Shown piece by piece: positions 1 through 10,134 of a stretch of DNA of 45,419 bases. Position 1 is the first letter of the stretch. Every line of letters starts with the position of its first letter. The position numbers and the translations under genes were made by a program. The notes beneath the pieces were generated by a model that had not been told where the DNA came from, made no database searches, and was given only the letters and a program-made list of their open reading frames with translations. The DNA lies in NCBI GenBank assembly GCA_002400985.2, contig NVRX02000006.1:169368-214786 (forward strand), written 5' to 3'. This stretch comes from Candidatus Wolfebacteria bacterium (GTDB taxonomy: Bacteria; Patescibacteriota; Minisyncoccia; Phycocordibacterales; Phycocordibacteraceae).

Positions 1-315
1 ATGATCCACCAACTGAAGGCCATTATTGGTTTCCAGGAGGAGGAGCTTGAAGTTCCTGCTCCAGTTGAAGAAGAGGCTGTTGAGGAAGAAAGTGCAGATG
101 CACCAGAAGACCTTAACAAGACTCGAATTGAAACACTTGAGCTTGGAGGACGTGTAGCAGGTGCTCTTGATGAAGCAGGTATAAGGACAGTAGGAGGACT
201 TGTAAAGAAGAGTGCAAAAGAGCTTAAGACTCTTGACGGTCTTGGAGCAAAGGGTGTTGATGAGATTGAAGAGTCTCTAAAGAAGCTTGGAGGAGCACTT
301 AAGGAAGATAAGTAA
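1..315 (+). CDS. rpoA: RNA polymerase alpha subunit, C-terminal part (5' end outside window)
   Basis: Alpha-CTD-like sequence (IETLELGGRVAGALDEAGIRTVGGL...GLGAKGVDEI) directly upstream of rplQ. Confidence 0.93.
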   Translation: MIHQLKAIIGFQEEELEVPAPVEEEAVEEESADAPEDLNKTRIETLELGGRVAGALDEAGIRTVGGLVKKSAKELKTLDGLGAKGVDEIEESLKKLGGALKEDK

Positions 316-320
316 ATAGT

Positions 321-677
321 ATGAAAAAGCAAACAAAAGCAGGAAGAACATTTGGACGAGTAAGAAAAGTACGCACAGGACTTATGCGGTCTCTTGCACG
401 TGGACTTATTCTAGAGGAGAGTATTGAGACTACTGAAGCAAAGGCACGAAGTCTTCGTCCGTATGTTGAAAAGCTTGTTACTCGAGCAAAAGTAGACAGT
501 GTTGCAAACAGACGTCTTGTTGCAGCACGGCTTGGAAATGACACTGAGACTATGAATAAACTATTCACAGACCTTGGTCCAAAGTACAAAGACCGAGCAG
601 GAGGATATACTCGTATTGTAAAAAGCCCGCGAGTACTTGAGGATGGGCGAAAAGTAGCGTACATTAGCTTTGTTTAA
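321..677 (+). CDS. rplQ: 50S ribosomal protein L17
   Basis: IETTEAKAR and RAGGYTRIVK motifs; follows rpoA. Confidence 0.97.
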   Translation: MKKQTKAGRTFGRVRKVRTGLMRSLARGLILEESIETTEAKARSLRPYVEKLVTRAKVDSVANRRLVAARLGNDTETMNKLFTDLGPKYKDRAGGYTRIVKSPRVLEDGRKVAYISFV

Positions 678-678
678 T

Positions 679-1032
679 ATGGAAGATAAAATATACACAA
701 TTGATGCAACAAATCGTCCTATTGGGCGTGTTGCCACAGAAGTAGCAACTATTTTGCTTGGGAAGAATACTCCTCACTTTGCAAAGAACGTTGTTGTATC
801 TGCACAGGTAACTGTTGCACACATAGATAAGCTAAAGATTTCTGAGAAGAAACGTTCTCAAAAGGAATACCAACGGTACTCAGGATACCCAGGAGGACAA
901 AAGATCCAGACTCTACAAGATCTTATTGCTAAGAAAGGGTATGAAGAGGTTATGCGAAAGGCAGTGTACGGTATGCTTCCAAGTAACAGACTTCGAGCGG
1001 AACGAATGAAGCTACTAGCATTTAGTAAATAA
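679..1032 (+). CDS. rplM: 50S ribosomal protein L13 (short form, 117 aa)
   Basis: IDATNRPIGRVAT, YSGYPGG and AVYGMLP motifs; ATG at 679 chosen over TTG at 670. Confidence 0.96.
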   Translation: MEDKIYTIDATNRPIGRVATEVATILLGKNTPHFAKNVVVSAQVTVAHIDKLKISEKKRSQKEYQRYSGYPGGQKIQTLQDLIAKKGYEEVMRKAVYGMLPSNRLRAERMKLLAFSK

Positions 1033-1034
1033 AT

Positions 1035-1433
1035 ATGGCAGAAACACGATACATAGAAGCAATTGGACGACGAAAAAGCGCAGCAGCACGCGTACGTATT
1101 ACTCCTGCAGATAAGATTAGTATTATCGTAAATGATAAGCCTGTAGATGAGTACTTTAGCTCTCGTGAGTATGTTGCTATTGCAGAGGAGGCATTTAAGC
1201 CCGAGGAAGTAACAGAGGATTTTTCAGTAACAGTAAAGGTAAAGGGAGGAGGACAACGAGCACAAGCTGATGCTGTACGGCATGGTATTGCTCGAGCTCT
1301 TGTAAAGAACAAAGAAGAACTACGAGGACCTCTAAAGTCTGGAGGACTTCTAACTCGAGACCCTCGAGTAAAAGAAAGGAAGAAACCTGGACTTAAAAAG
1401 GCTCGAAAGGCAGCACAGTGGAGTAAGCGATAA
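1035..1433 (+). CDS. rpsI: 30S ribosomal protein S9
   Basis: GRRKSAAARV, GGG..QADAVRHGIARAL, LTRDPRVKERKKPG...QWSKR. Confidence 0.98.
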   Translation: MAETRYIEAIGRRKSAAARVRITPADKISIIVNDKPVDEYFSSREYVAIAEEAFKPEEVTEDFSVTVKVKGGGQRAQADAVRHGIARALVKNKEELRGPLKSGGLLTRDPRVKERKKPGLKKARKAAQWSKR

Positions 1434-1439
1434 AGATGG

Positions 1440-1467
1440 AAACCGGCGAGAGTCGGTTTTTGTTTTT
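1440..1467 (+). terminator. Intrinsic terminator after rpsI
   Basis: aaaccggc-gaga-gtcggttt hairpin followed by T-rich tail. Confidence 0.8.
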
Positions 1468-1575
1468 AATATAAGAATCTCCCTCCTTTAATTGACTTTT
1501 ATAAAATAATGTACTATCGTCCATATTAGGAGTGTTCACAATTGTGTGTGCATTCCTTTAAAACAGGAGGGAAAG

Positions 1576-2208
1576 ATGCGTTTAGTTCTTTCTATATTTA
1601 CGTTTTTGTTGTTTATTGCAACAGGATCGTTCTATCTTAAATTTGGCTCTACAGCTAATGCTGGATGGATTGTAACAATTGTTATAGTTAGTATCCTTTT
1701 AGCTTTTGCATGGCGACATGGCCTTTCAATGGGCATGAATCCACCAGCTCTTCCATTTGCGCCATCACCACTTGCTGATCGCGGACACAATGTGTATGCG
1801 GTTGCAAATGAAGATGTGCGCAATCTTGTGCAAGTCGCGTTCATAAAAGCGGGGTATGCACTGCAAGGCACATTCAGTGTTGGACCAACGAATCAAAGAT
1901 TATTTGGTTCTGACTTGGTGCTCATGCTTTTAGATGGTGCACCAGAAAAAGATCCGAACTATGATCCGGAAGTACTTCCGTTCATTGCTCGATCTCTTGT
2001 GGTTCCAAGTCCTCAAATTGACGCGCTTCATTTTGTACACTTGCTTCGACAAGAAGGTTTTGCAACAAAAGTGCATGAACCACTTCCAGATCATTTTGAA
2101 AAGTTTTACATGATTACAAGTGATGCTTTTCTTGGTGGATGGGGTCTTGCCTTTCGTGTCTCGGGCCCTAAAATGGGCAAACCTGATACGTGGAGTGTTG
2201 GAAGATAA
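1576..2208 (+). CDS. Hypothetical protein with two N-terminal TM helices and a soluble domain
   Basis: Open frame; AGGAGG SD before ATG 1576; two hydrophobic stretches; own promoter and terminator. Confidence 0.75.
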   Translation: MRLVLSIFTFLLFIATGSFYLKFGSTANAGWIVTIVIVSILLAFAWRHGLSMGMNPPALPFAPSPLADRGHNVYAVANEDVRNLVQVAFIKAGYALQGTFSVGPTNQRLFGSDLVLMLLDGAPEKDPNYDPEVLPFIARSLVVPSPQIDALHFVHLLRQEGFATKVHEPLPDHFEKFYMITSDAFLGGWGLAFRVSGPKMGKPDTWSVGR

Positions 2209-2224
2209 TAACTGCCAAATTAAC

Positions 2225-2258
2225 AAGAGTCGCTTTTTCTGAAAAGGCGACTCTTTTT
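2225..2258 (+). terminator. Intrinsic terminator
   Basis: aagagtcgcttttt-ctg-aaaaggcgactctt stem followed by T run. Confidence 0.8.
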
Positions 2259-2260
2259 CC

Positions 2261-2288
2261 TTGACACAGCCCTAAAAATTCCCATAAT
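2261..2288 (+). promoter_or_regulatory. Sigma70-type promoter of grpE-dnaK-dnaJ
   Basis: TTGACA (2261) -16 nt- CATAAT (2283), 8 nt before the grpE ATG. Confidence 0.6.
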
Positions 2289-2296
2289 AGTACCAA

Positions 2297-2806
2297 ATGA
2301 GCACACACGAAGAAGACATTGAAATTGTAGAAGAAGTAGAAGCTGAGTCTTCTATTAAGACTGCAGATATAAAGAAGGTGAAGGAGCAATTAAAAGCTTG
2401 CAAGTCTGAAAGACAGGAGTATCTTGATGGATGGCAGAGAGCAAAAGCAGATTTCATAAATACGAAAAAACGACTGGAAGAAGAAGGGGGAAAGAAATTT
2501 GAGTATGGAGTTCAAGCTTGCATTGAAAAGGTTTTACCCGCTCTCGACAGTATAGACATTGCACTTTCTCAAAAAGAAGATGAAGGGCTTGCGATGATTC
2601 AAAAACAAATACTTGAAGGTCTTGGTATAGAAGTGCTAGACCCAATGGGAGAAACATTTGACCCAAAAATACACGAACCTATGGGAACCGTAGAGGGAGA
2701 AAAAGACCAGGAAGACAAAATCGTACAAGTTTTACAAAAAGGATACACATTAGGAGATACCATTATTCGCCCACCAAAAGTACAAGTAGCAACATACAAT
2801 AAATAA
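2297..2806 (+). CDS. grpE: Nucleotide exchange factor GrpE
   Basis: [30 protein letters not shown]; upstream of dnaK. Confidence 0.96.
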   Translation: MSTHEEDIEIVEEVEAESSIKTADIKKVKEQLKACKSERQEYLDGWQRAKADFINTKKRLEEEGGKKFEYGVQACIEKVLPALDSIDIALSQKEDEGLAMIQKQILEGLGIEVLDPMGETFDPKIHEPMGTVEGEKDQEDKIVQVLQKGYTLGDTIIRPPKVQVATYNK

Positions 2807-2814
2807 AAAATAAT

Positions 2815-4731
2815 ATGAGTAAAATTTTAGGAATAGATCTAGGAACAACAAACTCAGCAATGGCTATTGTTGAAGGAGGAGAGCCAACTATTATAGAAAA
2901 CAGTGATGGTGCACGAACAACACCGTCTGTTGTTGCTATTGCAAAGAATGGAGACCGTTTGGTAGGAACAGTAGCGCGTAGGCAAGCAGTAACAAACCCA
3001 AAGAATACTGTATACGGTATTAAGCGATTTATGGGACACCGATTTGATGATAAGTCAGTACAAAAAGATCAGGAGTTTGTACCATATGAACTTAAAAAAG
3101 GTTCTGATGATGGTGTGCTTGTAACACTTGGAGACAAAGACTATCGACCTGAGGAAGTATCAGCAATGATTCTTTCAAAGATGAAAACTGATGCAGAAGC
3201 AAAAATAGGAGAGAAAATAACAGAGGCAATTATAACAGTGCCTGCATATTTTGATGACGCACAACGAAATGCAACAAAGGCTGCAGGAAAGATTGCTGGT
3301 CTTGATGTGAAGCGAATCATCAATGAGCCAACAGCAGCAGCTCTTGCATATGGATTTAATAGAAAGAAAGATGAAAAGATCGCAGTATATGACTTTGGAG
3401 GAGGAACCTTTGACGTTTCTATCCTTGAAGTAGGCGATGATGTTATTGAAGTGCTTTCAACTGACGGAGACGCACACATGGGAGGTCGTGATATTGACCT
3501 TGCAATTATGAAGTATATTGCTGATGAGTATAAAAAGGATAGCGGTATTGATGTAAGTAAAGACCCTCTTGCGCTTCAGCGTCTCGATGAGGCTGCAGAA
3601 AAGGCAAAGCACGAGCTTTCAAATAATTCAGAGACAGAAATAAACATTCCATTTATTACATCAGATGCTGATGGTCCAAAGCATCTTCTTCTTACACTTA
3701 CACGTGCAAAGCTTGAAGAACTTGCAGATGAGTATGTGTCACGTTCAATTGATATTACAAAACGTGCGCTTGAAGCTGCAAATATGAAGGCATCAGATAT
3801 TGATGAGATTATCCTTGTAGGAGGACAAACTCGAATGCCTAAGGTACAGGAGCTTGTAAAAGAACTATTTGGAAAAGAACCAAACAGGTCTATTAACCCT
3901 GATGAGGTAGTAGCACTTGGTGCAGGAATACAGGCTGGAATTATGCAGGGAGATGTAAAAGACATTCTTCTTGTAGATGTTATCCCTCTATCTCTAGGTA
4001 TTGAGACTATGGGAAATGTTTCAACAAAGCTTATTGAAAAGAATACAACTATTCCTACACAGAAAACACAGGTATTTAGTACAGCAGCAGATAATCAACC
4101 ATCTGTTGAAATCCACGTAACACAAGGAGAGCGAGCTATGGCAGCAGACAATAAGAGTCTAGGACGGTTTGTGCTTGAAGGTGTTGCTCCAGCACCACGT
4201 GGCGTACCTCAAATTGAGGTTATCTTTGATGTAGATGCAAATGGAATCTTGAATGTAACCGCAAAGGATAAGGCAACAAACAAAGAACAATCTATTAAGA
4301 TTGAGGCAGGAACAGGGCTTTCAGATGAAGATATCGAAAAGATGATGAAAGATGCAGAAGCACATGCTGATGAAGATAAAAAGAAGAAAGAACTTGTAGA
4401 TGCAAAGAATGCAGCAGATCAGATGATCCACTTTGCAAGTAAGTCTCTAAAGGATGCGGGAGACAAGGTACCAGATGATGTGAAGACTGAGATTGAAGAG
4501 AAATCAAAAGCTCTTACTGATGTAAAGGAAAAAGATGATCTTGAAGCAATAACAAAGGCTTCAGAAGAACTTTCAACAAGTATGCAGAAGATTGGTGAGA
4601 TATTGCAAAAGCAGGCAGAGGAAGCAGCAAAAGCTGAAAAAGAAACTCCAAAAGATGATGTGAAAGATGCAGACGTGAAGGAGGAGGAAAAAACAGAGGA
4701 AACAAAGGAAGAAGAGAAAACTAATGAATAA
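2815..4731 (+). CDS. dnaK: Chaperone DnaK (Hsp70)
   Basis: [32 protein letters not shown]. Confidence 0.99.
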   Translation: MSKILGIDLGTTNSAMAIVEGGEPTIIENSDGARTTPSVVAIAKNGDRLVGTVARRQAVTNPKNTVYGIKRFMGHRFDDKSVQKDQEFVPYELKKGSDDGVLVTLGDKDYRPEEVSAMILSKMKTDAEAKIGEKITEAIITVPAYFDDAQRNATKAAGKIAGLDVKRIINEPTAAALAYGFNRKKDEKIAVYDFGGGTFDVSILEVGDDVIEVLSTDGDAHMGGRDIDLAIMKYIADEYKKDSGIDVSKDPLALQRLDEAAEKAKHELSNNSETEINIPFITSDADGPKHLLLTLTRAKLEELADEYVSRSIDITKRALEAANMKASDIDEIILVGGQTRMPKVQELVKELFGKEPNRSINPDEVVALGAGIQAGIMQGDVKDILLVDVIPLSLGIETMGNVSTKLIEKNTTIPTQKTQVFSTAADNQPSVEIHVTQGERAMAADNKSLGRFVLEGVAPAPRGVPQIEVIFDVDANGILNVTAKDKATNKEQSIKIEAGTGLSDEDIEKMMKDAEAHADEDKKKKELVDAKNAADQMIHFASKSLKDAGDKVPDDVKTEIEEKSKALTDVKEKDDLEAITKASEELSTSMQKIGEILQKQAEEAAKAEKETPKDDVKDADVKEEEKTEETKEEEKTNE

Positions 4732-5785
4732 GGATTATTACAAAATTTTAGATGTAGAGAAGTCTGCAACACATACAGATGTGAAGAAGGCTTTTCGTAA
4801 GCTTGCTCAAAAGTACCATCCAGATAGAAAGACTGGAAATGAAGCAAAGTTTAAAGAAGTTTCTGAAGCCTATAGTGTTATTGGAAATGAACAGAAGCGA
4901 AAAGAGTACGATTCATACGGAAAGACCTTTGGGGGCGGGCAACAGCAAGGTGGCGGTTTTGATTTCTCAGGATTCCAGCAAGGAGGGTTTGGTGGAGGTA
5001 TCGATATAGAAGACATTCTTCGAGGTTTTGGTGGTGGATTTGGACAGCAACAGCAACAGGTACGAAAGGGAAGAGATATTTCTATGGATATTGAAGTATC
5101 TTTCAAAGATTCTATTTTTGGAACCCAAAAGAAGGTACTCATTGCAAAAGTATCAAAGTGTTCAGAATGTGACGGATCTGGAGGAAAGAAAGGAACCTCT
5201 ATGAGTACGTGCGCTGCATGTAATGGGCAGGGGAAAGTGCATCAAACACAAAATTCATTCTTTGGAGCATTTCAAACAGTTGTTGAGTGTATTGAATGTG
5301 TAGCGACAGGAAAGGTTCCAAAAGAAAAATGTAAAGACTGTAGAGGTGCTGGAGTACGAAAACAGGAGGAAGAAATAACGGTAACAATACCTGCGGGAAT
5401 CAATGCTGGCGAGATGATTCGCATGGGTGGACTTGGGGAAGCTGTTAAAAACGGTACTCCTGGGGATTTATATATTAAGGTCCACGTAACGCCGCACGAG
5501 CTCTTTAAGAGAAGTGGGGTCAACTTGGTGGTAGAAGTGCCACTGAAGCTAACTGATGCACTCTCAGGGACTGTATACAACCTAACCACACTTGAAGGAA
5601 AGAGGCTTGAAGTAAAGATTAGTCCTTTGAAAAAAACGGAGGAAACCCTTCGTGTAAAAGGGTATGGAGTACCACAAGGATCAGCTCGAGGCGATATTTA
5701 TTTGAAACTATCAGTATCTCTTCCACAGAAGCTCTCTTCTAAAGCGAAGGACCTTGTGTCACAATTAAAAGAACATGGACTCTAA
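4724..5785 (+). CDS. dnaJ: Chaperone DnaJ
   Basis: J domain with HPD, G/F-rich linker, four CxxCxxxG zinc-finger repeats. Confidence 0.98.
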   Translation: MNKDYYKILDVEKSATHTDVKKAFRKLAQKYHPDRKTGNEAKFKEVSEAYSVIGNEQKRKEYDSYGKTFGGGQQQGGGFDFSGFQQGGFGGGIDIEDILRGFGGGFGQQQQQVRKGRDISMDIEVSFKDSIFGTQKKVLIAKVSKCSECDGSGGKKGTSMSTCAACNGQGKVHQTQNSFFGAFQTVVECIECVATGKVPKEKCKDCRGAGVRKQEEEITVTIPAGINAGEMIRMGGLGEAVKNGTPGDLYIKVHVTPHELFKRSGVNLVVEVPLKLTDALSGTVYNLTTLEGKRLEVKISPLKKTEETLRVKGYGVPQGSARGDIYLKLSVSLPQKLSSKAKDLVSQLKEHGL

Positions 5786-6308
5786 CCTAAGTTTTGAAGC
5801 TGCAGGAGAACTATTTCAAGCTACTACTGCAAATGCAGGGAACTTCGTAAATGATTTTCTTCTAATCATTATTCTTGTAGGGCTGATGCTTTTCTTCATG
5901 TTCCGAAGTGGAAGGAGAGGAGTTGTTGCCCTTACTATGGCAGTGTATATTGGCATTTCTTTATACGAACTTTTCCCATTTAAGGAAATGGTACTTGAAG
6001 CTGCTGCAGATTCTCCGATGGCGAACCTTGCACTTATGGCAATAATGCTTATCGCTCTTACAACTTTCCCATACATTGTATTAAAACGCGTTGTGGTTAC
6101 TGATTTCTTAGGGAGATTGGGAATTGTATTTCTATTAATCGTTTCATTCCTTCTTACTGCAACATTATTGGCAAGTGCATACCATATTCTCCCTATACGA
6201 GAGTTTTATGCATTTACCCCAGCGCTTGATGCGCTCTTTGCGCCAAAAGAGTTTTTCTTCTGGTGGTTTATCTCTCCACTAGTTGCTTTATTCGAGATGG
6301 CGAAGTAA
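5775..6308 (+). CDS. Hypothetical integral membrane protein (about 5 TM)
   Basis: Highly hydrophobic ORF overlapping the dnaJ stop. Confidence 0.8.
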   Translation: MDSNLSFEAAGELFQATTANAGNFVNDFLLIIILVGLMLFFMFRSGRRGVVALTMAVYIGISLYELFPFKEMVLEAAADSPMANLALMAIMLIALTTFPYIVLKRVVVTDFLGRLGIVFLLIVSFLLTATLLASAYHILPIREFYAFTPALDALFAPKEFFFWWFISPLVALFEMAK

Positions 6309-6382
6309 GTCAAATTGCATAAAAAGCTATTGATTCTTTGCTAAAAAAGTGCCATAGTATCTAATACTATTCGAACTGCACT

Positions 6383-7897
6383 ATGAATGAAGATTTAATA
6401 AAGCTCCAAAAAAATCAATTGAAAAGGCTTCCGAATCTCCTGAAAAAGCAAAATTCAGATTATTGGATTAAGGCAGGAAATAAAGAAAAACTGCGTCTTT
6501 TTCATGCGGTTGCAGAAAACGTACCTGCGTATAAAGATTTTCTGCAGAAAAATAAATTGGACCCACGGACAATAAAGACAGTAGAAGATTTAAAAAAAGT
6601 TCCTACAATTGATAAAGATAACTATTTACGAGCATATCCACATGAAGATCTGATGTGGAATGGCACTTTAAAGAAACCTCTTACAATTCATGCCACGTCT
6701 GGATCAACAGGGGAGTCAACCTACTTTGAAAGAGAACTCTCATCAGACTTAAAAAGAGCTTTTATTGTAGATTCTTTTTATAAACAAAATAAAAAAACTA
6801 CCGAAGGACCAACTTTATTTATAGTTGCTTTCGGAATGGGTATTTGGTCTGCTGGAATGGGTATTTATACAGGAGTATATCTTGCTGGACAAATACACCA
6901 GTACCCAGTTTCAATTATCACGCCAGGAGTAAGTAAAGAAGAGGTGTTAAAAATATTAAGAAACATTGCACCAAGGTTTAAGCAGGTCATCATTGCAGGC
7001 TATCCTCCTTTTGTTAAGGATGTAATTGACGAAGCTCAATCTGAAGGAATTCCTTTAAAGAATTTCAATTTAAGATTTATTTTTACAGGAGAAGCCTTCA
7101 CAGAGGAGTTTCGAGATTATCTATCAAATCGAGCTGATGTAAAAAATGTTCTTTTAGACACAATGAATACATATGGAACTGCTGAGCTTGGACCCATGGC
7201 TGTTGAAACACCTCTTGTTATATTAATTCGTCGTCTAACAGATAAAAAAATATTCTCAAAACTTTTTGGTGATATTACAAAAACTCCAACTCTCACACAG
7301 TATATTCCAAATTTTGTAAACTTTGATTGTGAAAATGGGGAACTTTTATTTACAGGCGATAGCACGATACCTTTAGTGCGCTATCGTTCAGGAGATCACG
7401 GAGGCATTCTTACTTATAAAGAGGTTGCAGGAAAACTCAAAAAACAAGGCGTTGATTTAGAGAAAAAATGTAAAGAGGCGGGAATTACTGACTATATATC
7501 ACAATTACCAATGGTGTATGTATATGAACGTAAAAATCTTGCGGCAACATTGTATGGAATCCTAATATATCCAGAGTTTGTAAAGTCAGCTGTTTTGCAT
7601 CCGACATTTTACGATATTCTTACCGGAAAATTTACCTTAGTCCAAAAGTACGACAAAAAACAAGACCAATATTTAGAGGTTAATTTAGAATTAAGAAGTG
7701 GTGCTGATCCAACTTCGAAACAGAAAGCTCTTATCCAAAAACGCATTTTAAACGTTCTTAAAAAAAGAAGTTCTGAATTTAAAGAGCTTTGTAAAAATTT
7801 GGATGAAAGAGTACACCCCAGAATTGTTTTTTGGAAAAATGAAGATCCAAAGTTTTTTACACCTGGTTCTAAACAAAAATGGGTGCAAAAAACCTAA
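6383..7897 (+). CDS. Phenylacetate-CoA ligase (PaaK)-family adenylate-forming enzyme
   Basis: VPAYKDFL, TSGSTG P-loop, GYPPF, TGE, YGTAE, PLVRYRSGD motifs of the ANL/PaaK family. Confidence 0.85.
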   Translation: MNEDLIKLQKNQLKRLPNLLKKQNSDYWIKAGNKEKLRLFHAVAENVPAYKDFLQKNKLDPRTIKTVEDLKKVPTIDKDNYLRAYPHEDLMWNGTLKKPLTIHATSGSTGESTYFERELSSDLKRAFIVDSFYKQNKKTTEGPTLFIVAFGMGIWSAGMGIYTGVYLAGQIHQYPVSIITPGVSKEEVLKILRNIAPRFKQVIIAGYPPFVKDVIDEAQSEGIPLKNFNLRFIFTGEAFTEEFRDYLSNRADVKNVLLDTMNTYGTAELGPMAVETPLVILIRRLTDKKIFSKLFGDITKTPTLTQYIPNFVNFDCENGELLFTGDSTIPLVRYRSGDHGGILTYKEVAGKLKKQGVDLEKKCKEAGITDYISQLPMVYVYERKNLAATLYGILIYPEFVKSAVLHPTFYDILTGKFTLVQKYDKKQDQYLEVNLELRSGADPTSKQKALIQKRILNVLKKRSSEFKELCKNLDERVHPRIVFWKNEDPKFFTPGSKQKWVQKT

Positions 7898-7916
7898 TAA
7901 CTGTTAGATTAATAGT

Positions 7917-9038
7917 ATGGAAAACCCAATCATAATAAATCCTAAAGAGAAAAATTTAGAAAAAATAAAAAAAGAGTATTCACCAGACCATATAATCGAC
8001 ACCTACGAGCTACAACTTGAGGACCTTTATCAAATTAGAAACCCTCAATCAAAGTTCATGAAGGATTTCAGCAATGAACTAAAAAAGTTCATTGAAGAAC
8101 ACTCGCAAGGTGATTCTCTTGAGGATTGTGGTAGATGGGTTTATTTTCCCTGGAATAAAACACTTGTGCATTATCTTGAAGATGAAACTCATCAGGAGAT
8201 ACGTACGGCACGTAATAAAAATATTATTACCAAAGAAGAACAGGATAAATTTTATAATTTTAGTATTGGTGTTGCCGGCCTTAGTGTAGGAGGGCACAGT
8301 GCCTTAACAACCACACTTATGGGCGGAGCTGGAGAAATTCGCCTTGCTGATCCTGATGTTATTTCCCCAACAAATCTTAATCGAATACGTTTTGATTTCA
8401 GTCACGTTGGAAGAAATAAAGCAGACCTTGTTGCTGAGTATGTATACCAGCTAAACCCATACAATAAGGTCCATGTATTTGATGAAGGAATTACTGAAGA
8501 AAATATTGGTGACTTTCTAGACGGGTTGGATCTTCTGGTTGAAGAACTCGATGATATCGTAATGAAGGTAAGGCTTCGAGAAGAAGCTAAAAAGCGTGGC
8601 ATACCTGTGATTATGGCAACAGACAATGGGGATAATGTTATTTTGGATGTTGAACGTTATGATCTCAATCCCGATTATCCAATTTTCCATGGAAATCTTG
8701 ATGGTTTTGATTTGAAAGAACTTAAAGACTCTCCTCAAAAAATGTTTGAAGCAATGGGAAGAATCATTGACATAACTCTCGTACCAATTCGAGTCCAACA
8801 TTCTATTCATGAAGTTGGGAAGACCATCTATTCATGGCCGCAGCTTGCTTCAGCAGCAACCTTGTCAGGGGTGGTTATTGCCTACACAGCAAGAAGAATT
8901 GCTCTTGGACAGAAAGTAAAAGAAGGTAAGCTTGAGATAAATATTGAATCTGCAATTGATCCAGACTACCCACAAGTAAGAGAAGTACAATTAAAAGAGG
9001 CACAAAAATTCTTGAAGATGCTTGGAATTAAACAATAA
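7917..9038 (+). CDS. ThiF/E1-like adenylyltransferase, Rv1355c/OxzB N-terminal type
   Basis: WVYFPW, RTARNKNIIT.EEQ, VAGLSVGG, LADPD...TNLNRI, D.ERYDL.P, SWPQLAS. Confidence 0.88.
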   Translation: MENPIIINPKEKNLEKIKKEYSPDHIIDTYELQLEDLYQIRNPQSKFMKDFSNELKKFIEEHSQGDSLEDCGRWVYFPWNKTLVHYLEDETHQEIRTARNKNIITKEEQDKFYNFSIGVAGLSVGGHSALTTTLMGGAGEIRLADPDVISPTNLNRIRFDFSHVGRNKADLVAEYVYQLNPYNKVHVFDEGITEENIGDFLDGLDLLVEELDDIVMKVRLREEAKKRGIPVIMATDNGDNVILDVERYDLNPDYPIFHGNLDGFDLKELKDSPQKMFEAMGRIIDITLVPIRVQHSIHEVGKTIYSWPQLASAATLSGVVIAYTARRIALGQKVKEGKLEINIESAIDPDYPQVREVQLKEAQKFLKMLGIKQ

Positions 9039-9054
9039 AATACATTTATCGCTT

Positions 9055-10101
9055 ATGAATAAAGAATTATTACAAAAGATTATTGAAGCAGGAAATATTG
9101 CACCGTCAGGAGGTAATTCACAGCCTTGGAAATTTCATGTACGAGGAGATGAAATTGATGTAATTGCACTTCCTGAAAAAGATCATGCGGTTTTGAATGT
9201 AAAAAACAGGGGAACATATATAGCAAATGGAGCACTGCTAGAGAATATTAGTATAATGGCCAAATCTCTCGGGTACAGAGCAAATTTTCAAATATCTACA
9301 GATGAGGAAGTTCTTGCAAAGGTGTCATTTTCTGATTCGGTAAAAGATAATGAGCTTGCGCCGTACTTAGAAAGTCGTCATTCTAATAGAAAGCCTTATA
9401 TAAAAGAGACTCTTTCAAAAGAACAAAAAGAATATTTGTTTGCCAGAGAAGAAGATTATGAAAACTGCACTATTGCTATTGTTGAAGGAGAATCAATAGA
9501 ACCTGCAGCAAAGATTCTATCGTATGACATCTCTCTTAATATGCAAAATAAATGTCTCCATAAAATGCTTTTCGAAGAAGTTTTATGGAAAGAAGAAGAC
9601 CAAAAAGATAAACCAGGATTATATGTAAAAACAATGGAAACGGAACCTCCAAAGTCTTACATGTTTAGACTTTTAAAAAATTGGAATGTTGCAAAGTTTT
9701 TTACTAAAATTGGGCTTATTGAAAAGATTCAAAGTGAAAATACAAAAACTACTTCCAGCGCTGCTTTAATAGGTGCAATTATTGTCTCAGATAATAATCA
9801 AGACTTTGTTTCTGCGGGAAGATTTCTTGAAAATATTTGGTTACGAGCAACAAAACTTGGTCTATCGATGCATTTGAGTGCTGCTGTATCTTTTTTGGGT
9901 CAACAAGTAGAAGCTGGTGAAGAATCTTGTTTTTCAAAAACAGAGGTTGATCTATTAAAGAAATTAAATGTTCAGTTAAAATCTTCTTTTAAGGTTCCAG
10001 AGGGAAAGCTAATTTCAATCGCATTTCGACTAGGGCGTGGAGAAGATCCTTTGGCAACATCCTATAAGAGGTCTCCAGAGATTGAGTGGAGTAAGTCATA
10101 G
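9055..10101 (+). CDS. Nitroreductase-fold protein, Rv1355c/OxzB C-terminal (Acg-like) type
   Basis: APSGGNSQPW, G.LLEN, RHSNRKPY, GRFLENIWLRATKLGLS, FRLG; ATG 9055 preferred. Confidence 0.82.
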   Translation: MNKELLQKIIEAGNIAPSGGNSQPWKFHVRGDEIDVIALPEKDHAVLNVKNRGTYIANGALLENISIMAKSLGYRANFQISTDEEVLAKVSFSDSVKDNELAPYLESRHSNRKPYIKETLSKEQKEYLFAREEDYENCTIAIVEGESIEPAAKILSYDISLNMQNKCLHKMLFEEVLWKEEDQKDKPGLYVKTMETEPPKSYMFRLLKNWNVAKFFTKIGLIEKIQSENTKTTSSAALIGAIIVSDNNQDFVSAGRFLENIWLRATKLGLSMHLSAAVSFLGQQVEAGEESCFSKTEVDLLKKLNVQLKSSFKVPEGKLISIAFRLGRGEDPLATSYKRSPEIEWSKS

Positions 10102-10134
10102 AAGTTATCTCACAGTACGTTATTATATAAGTAC

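Noticed and set aside
2209-2296. CIRCE/HrcA control of grpE-dnaK-dnaJ
   Set aside because: No TTAGCACTC-N9-GAGTGCTAA element and no hrcA in the window.
4930-5060. Gly/Gln low-complexity repeats in dnaJ
   Set aside because: Normal G/F-rich linker of DnaJ.
7917-10101. Azole-RiPP (TOMM/LAP) cyclodehydratase-dehydrogenase acting on the Cys-tail protein
   Set aside because: No YcaO gene in the window; motifs match the Rv1355c/OxzB type rather than RiPP E1 scaffolds.
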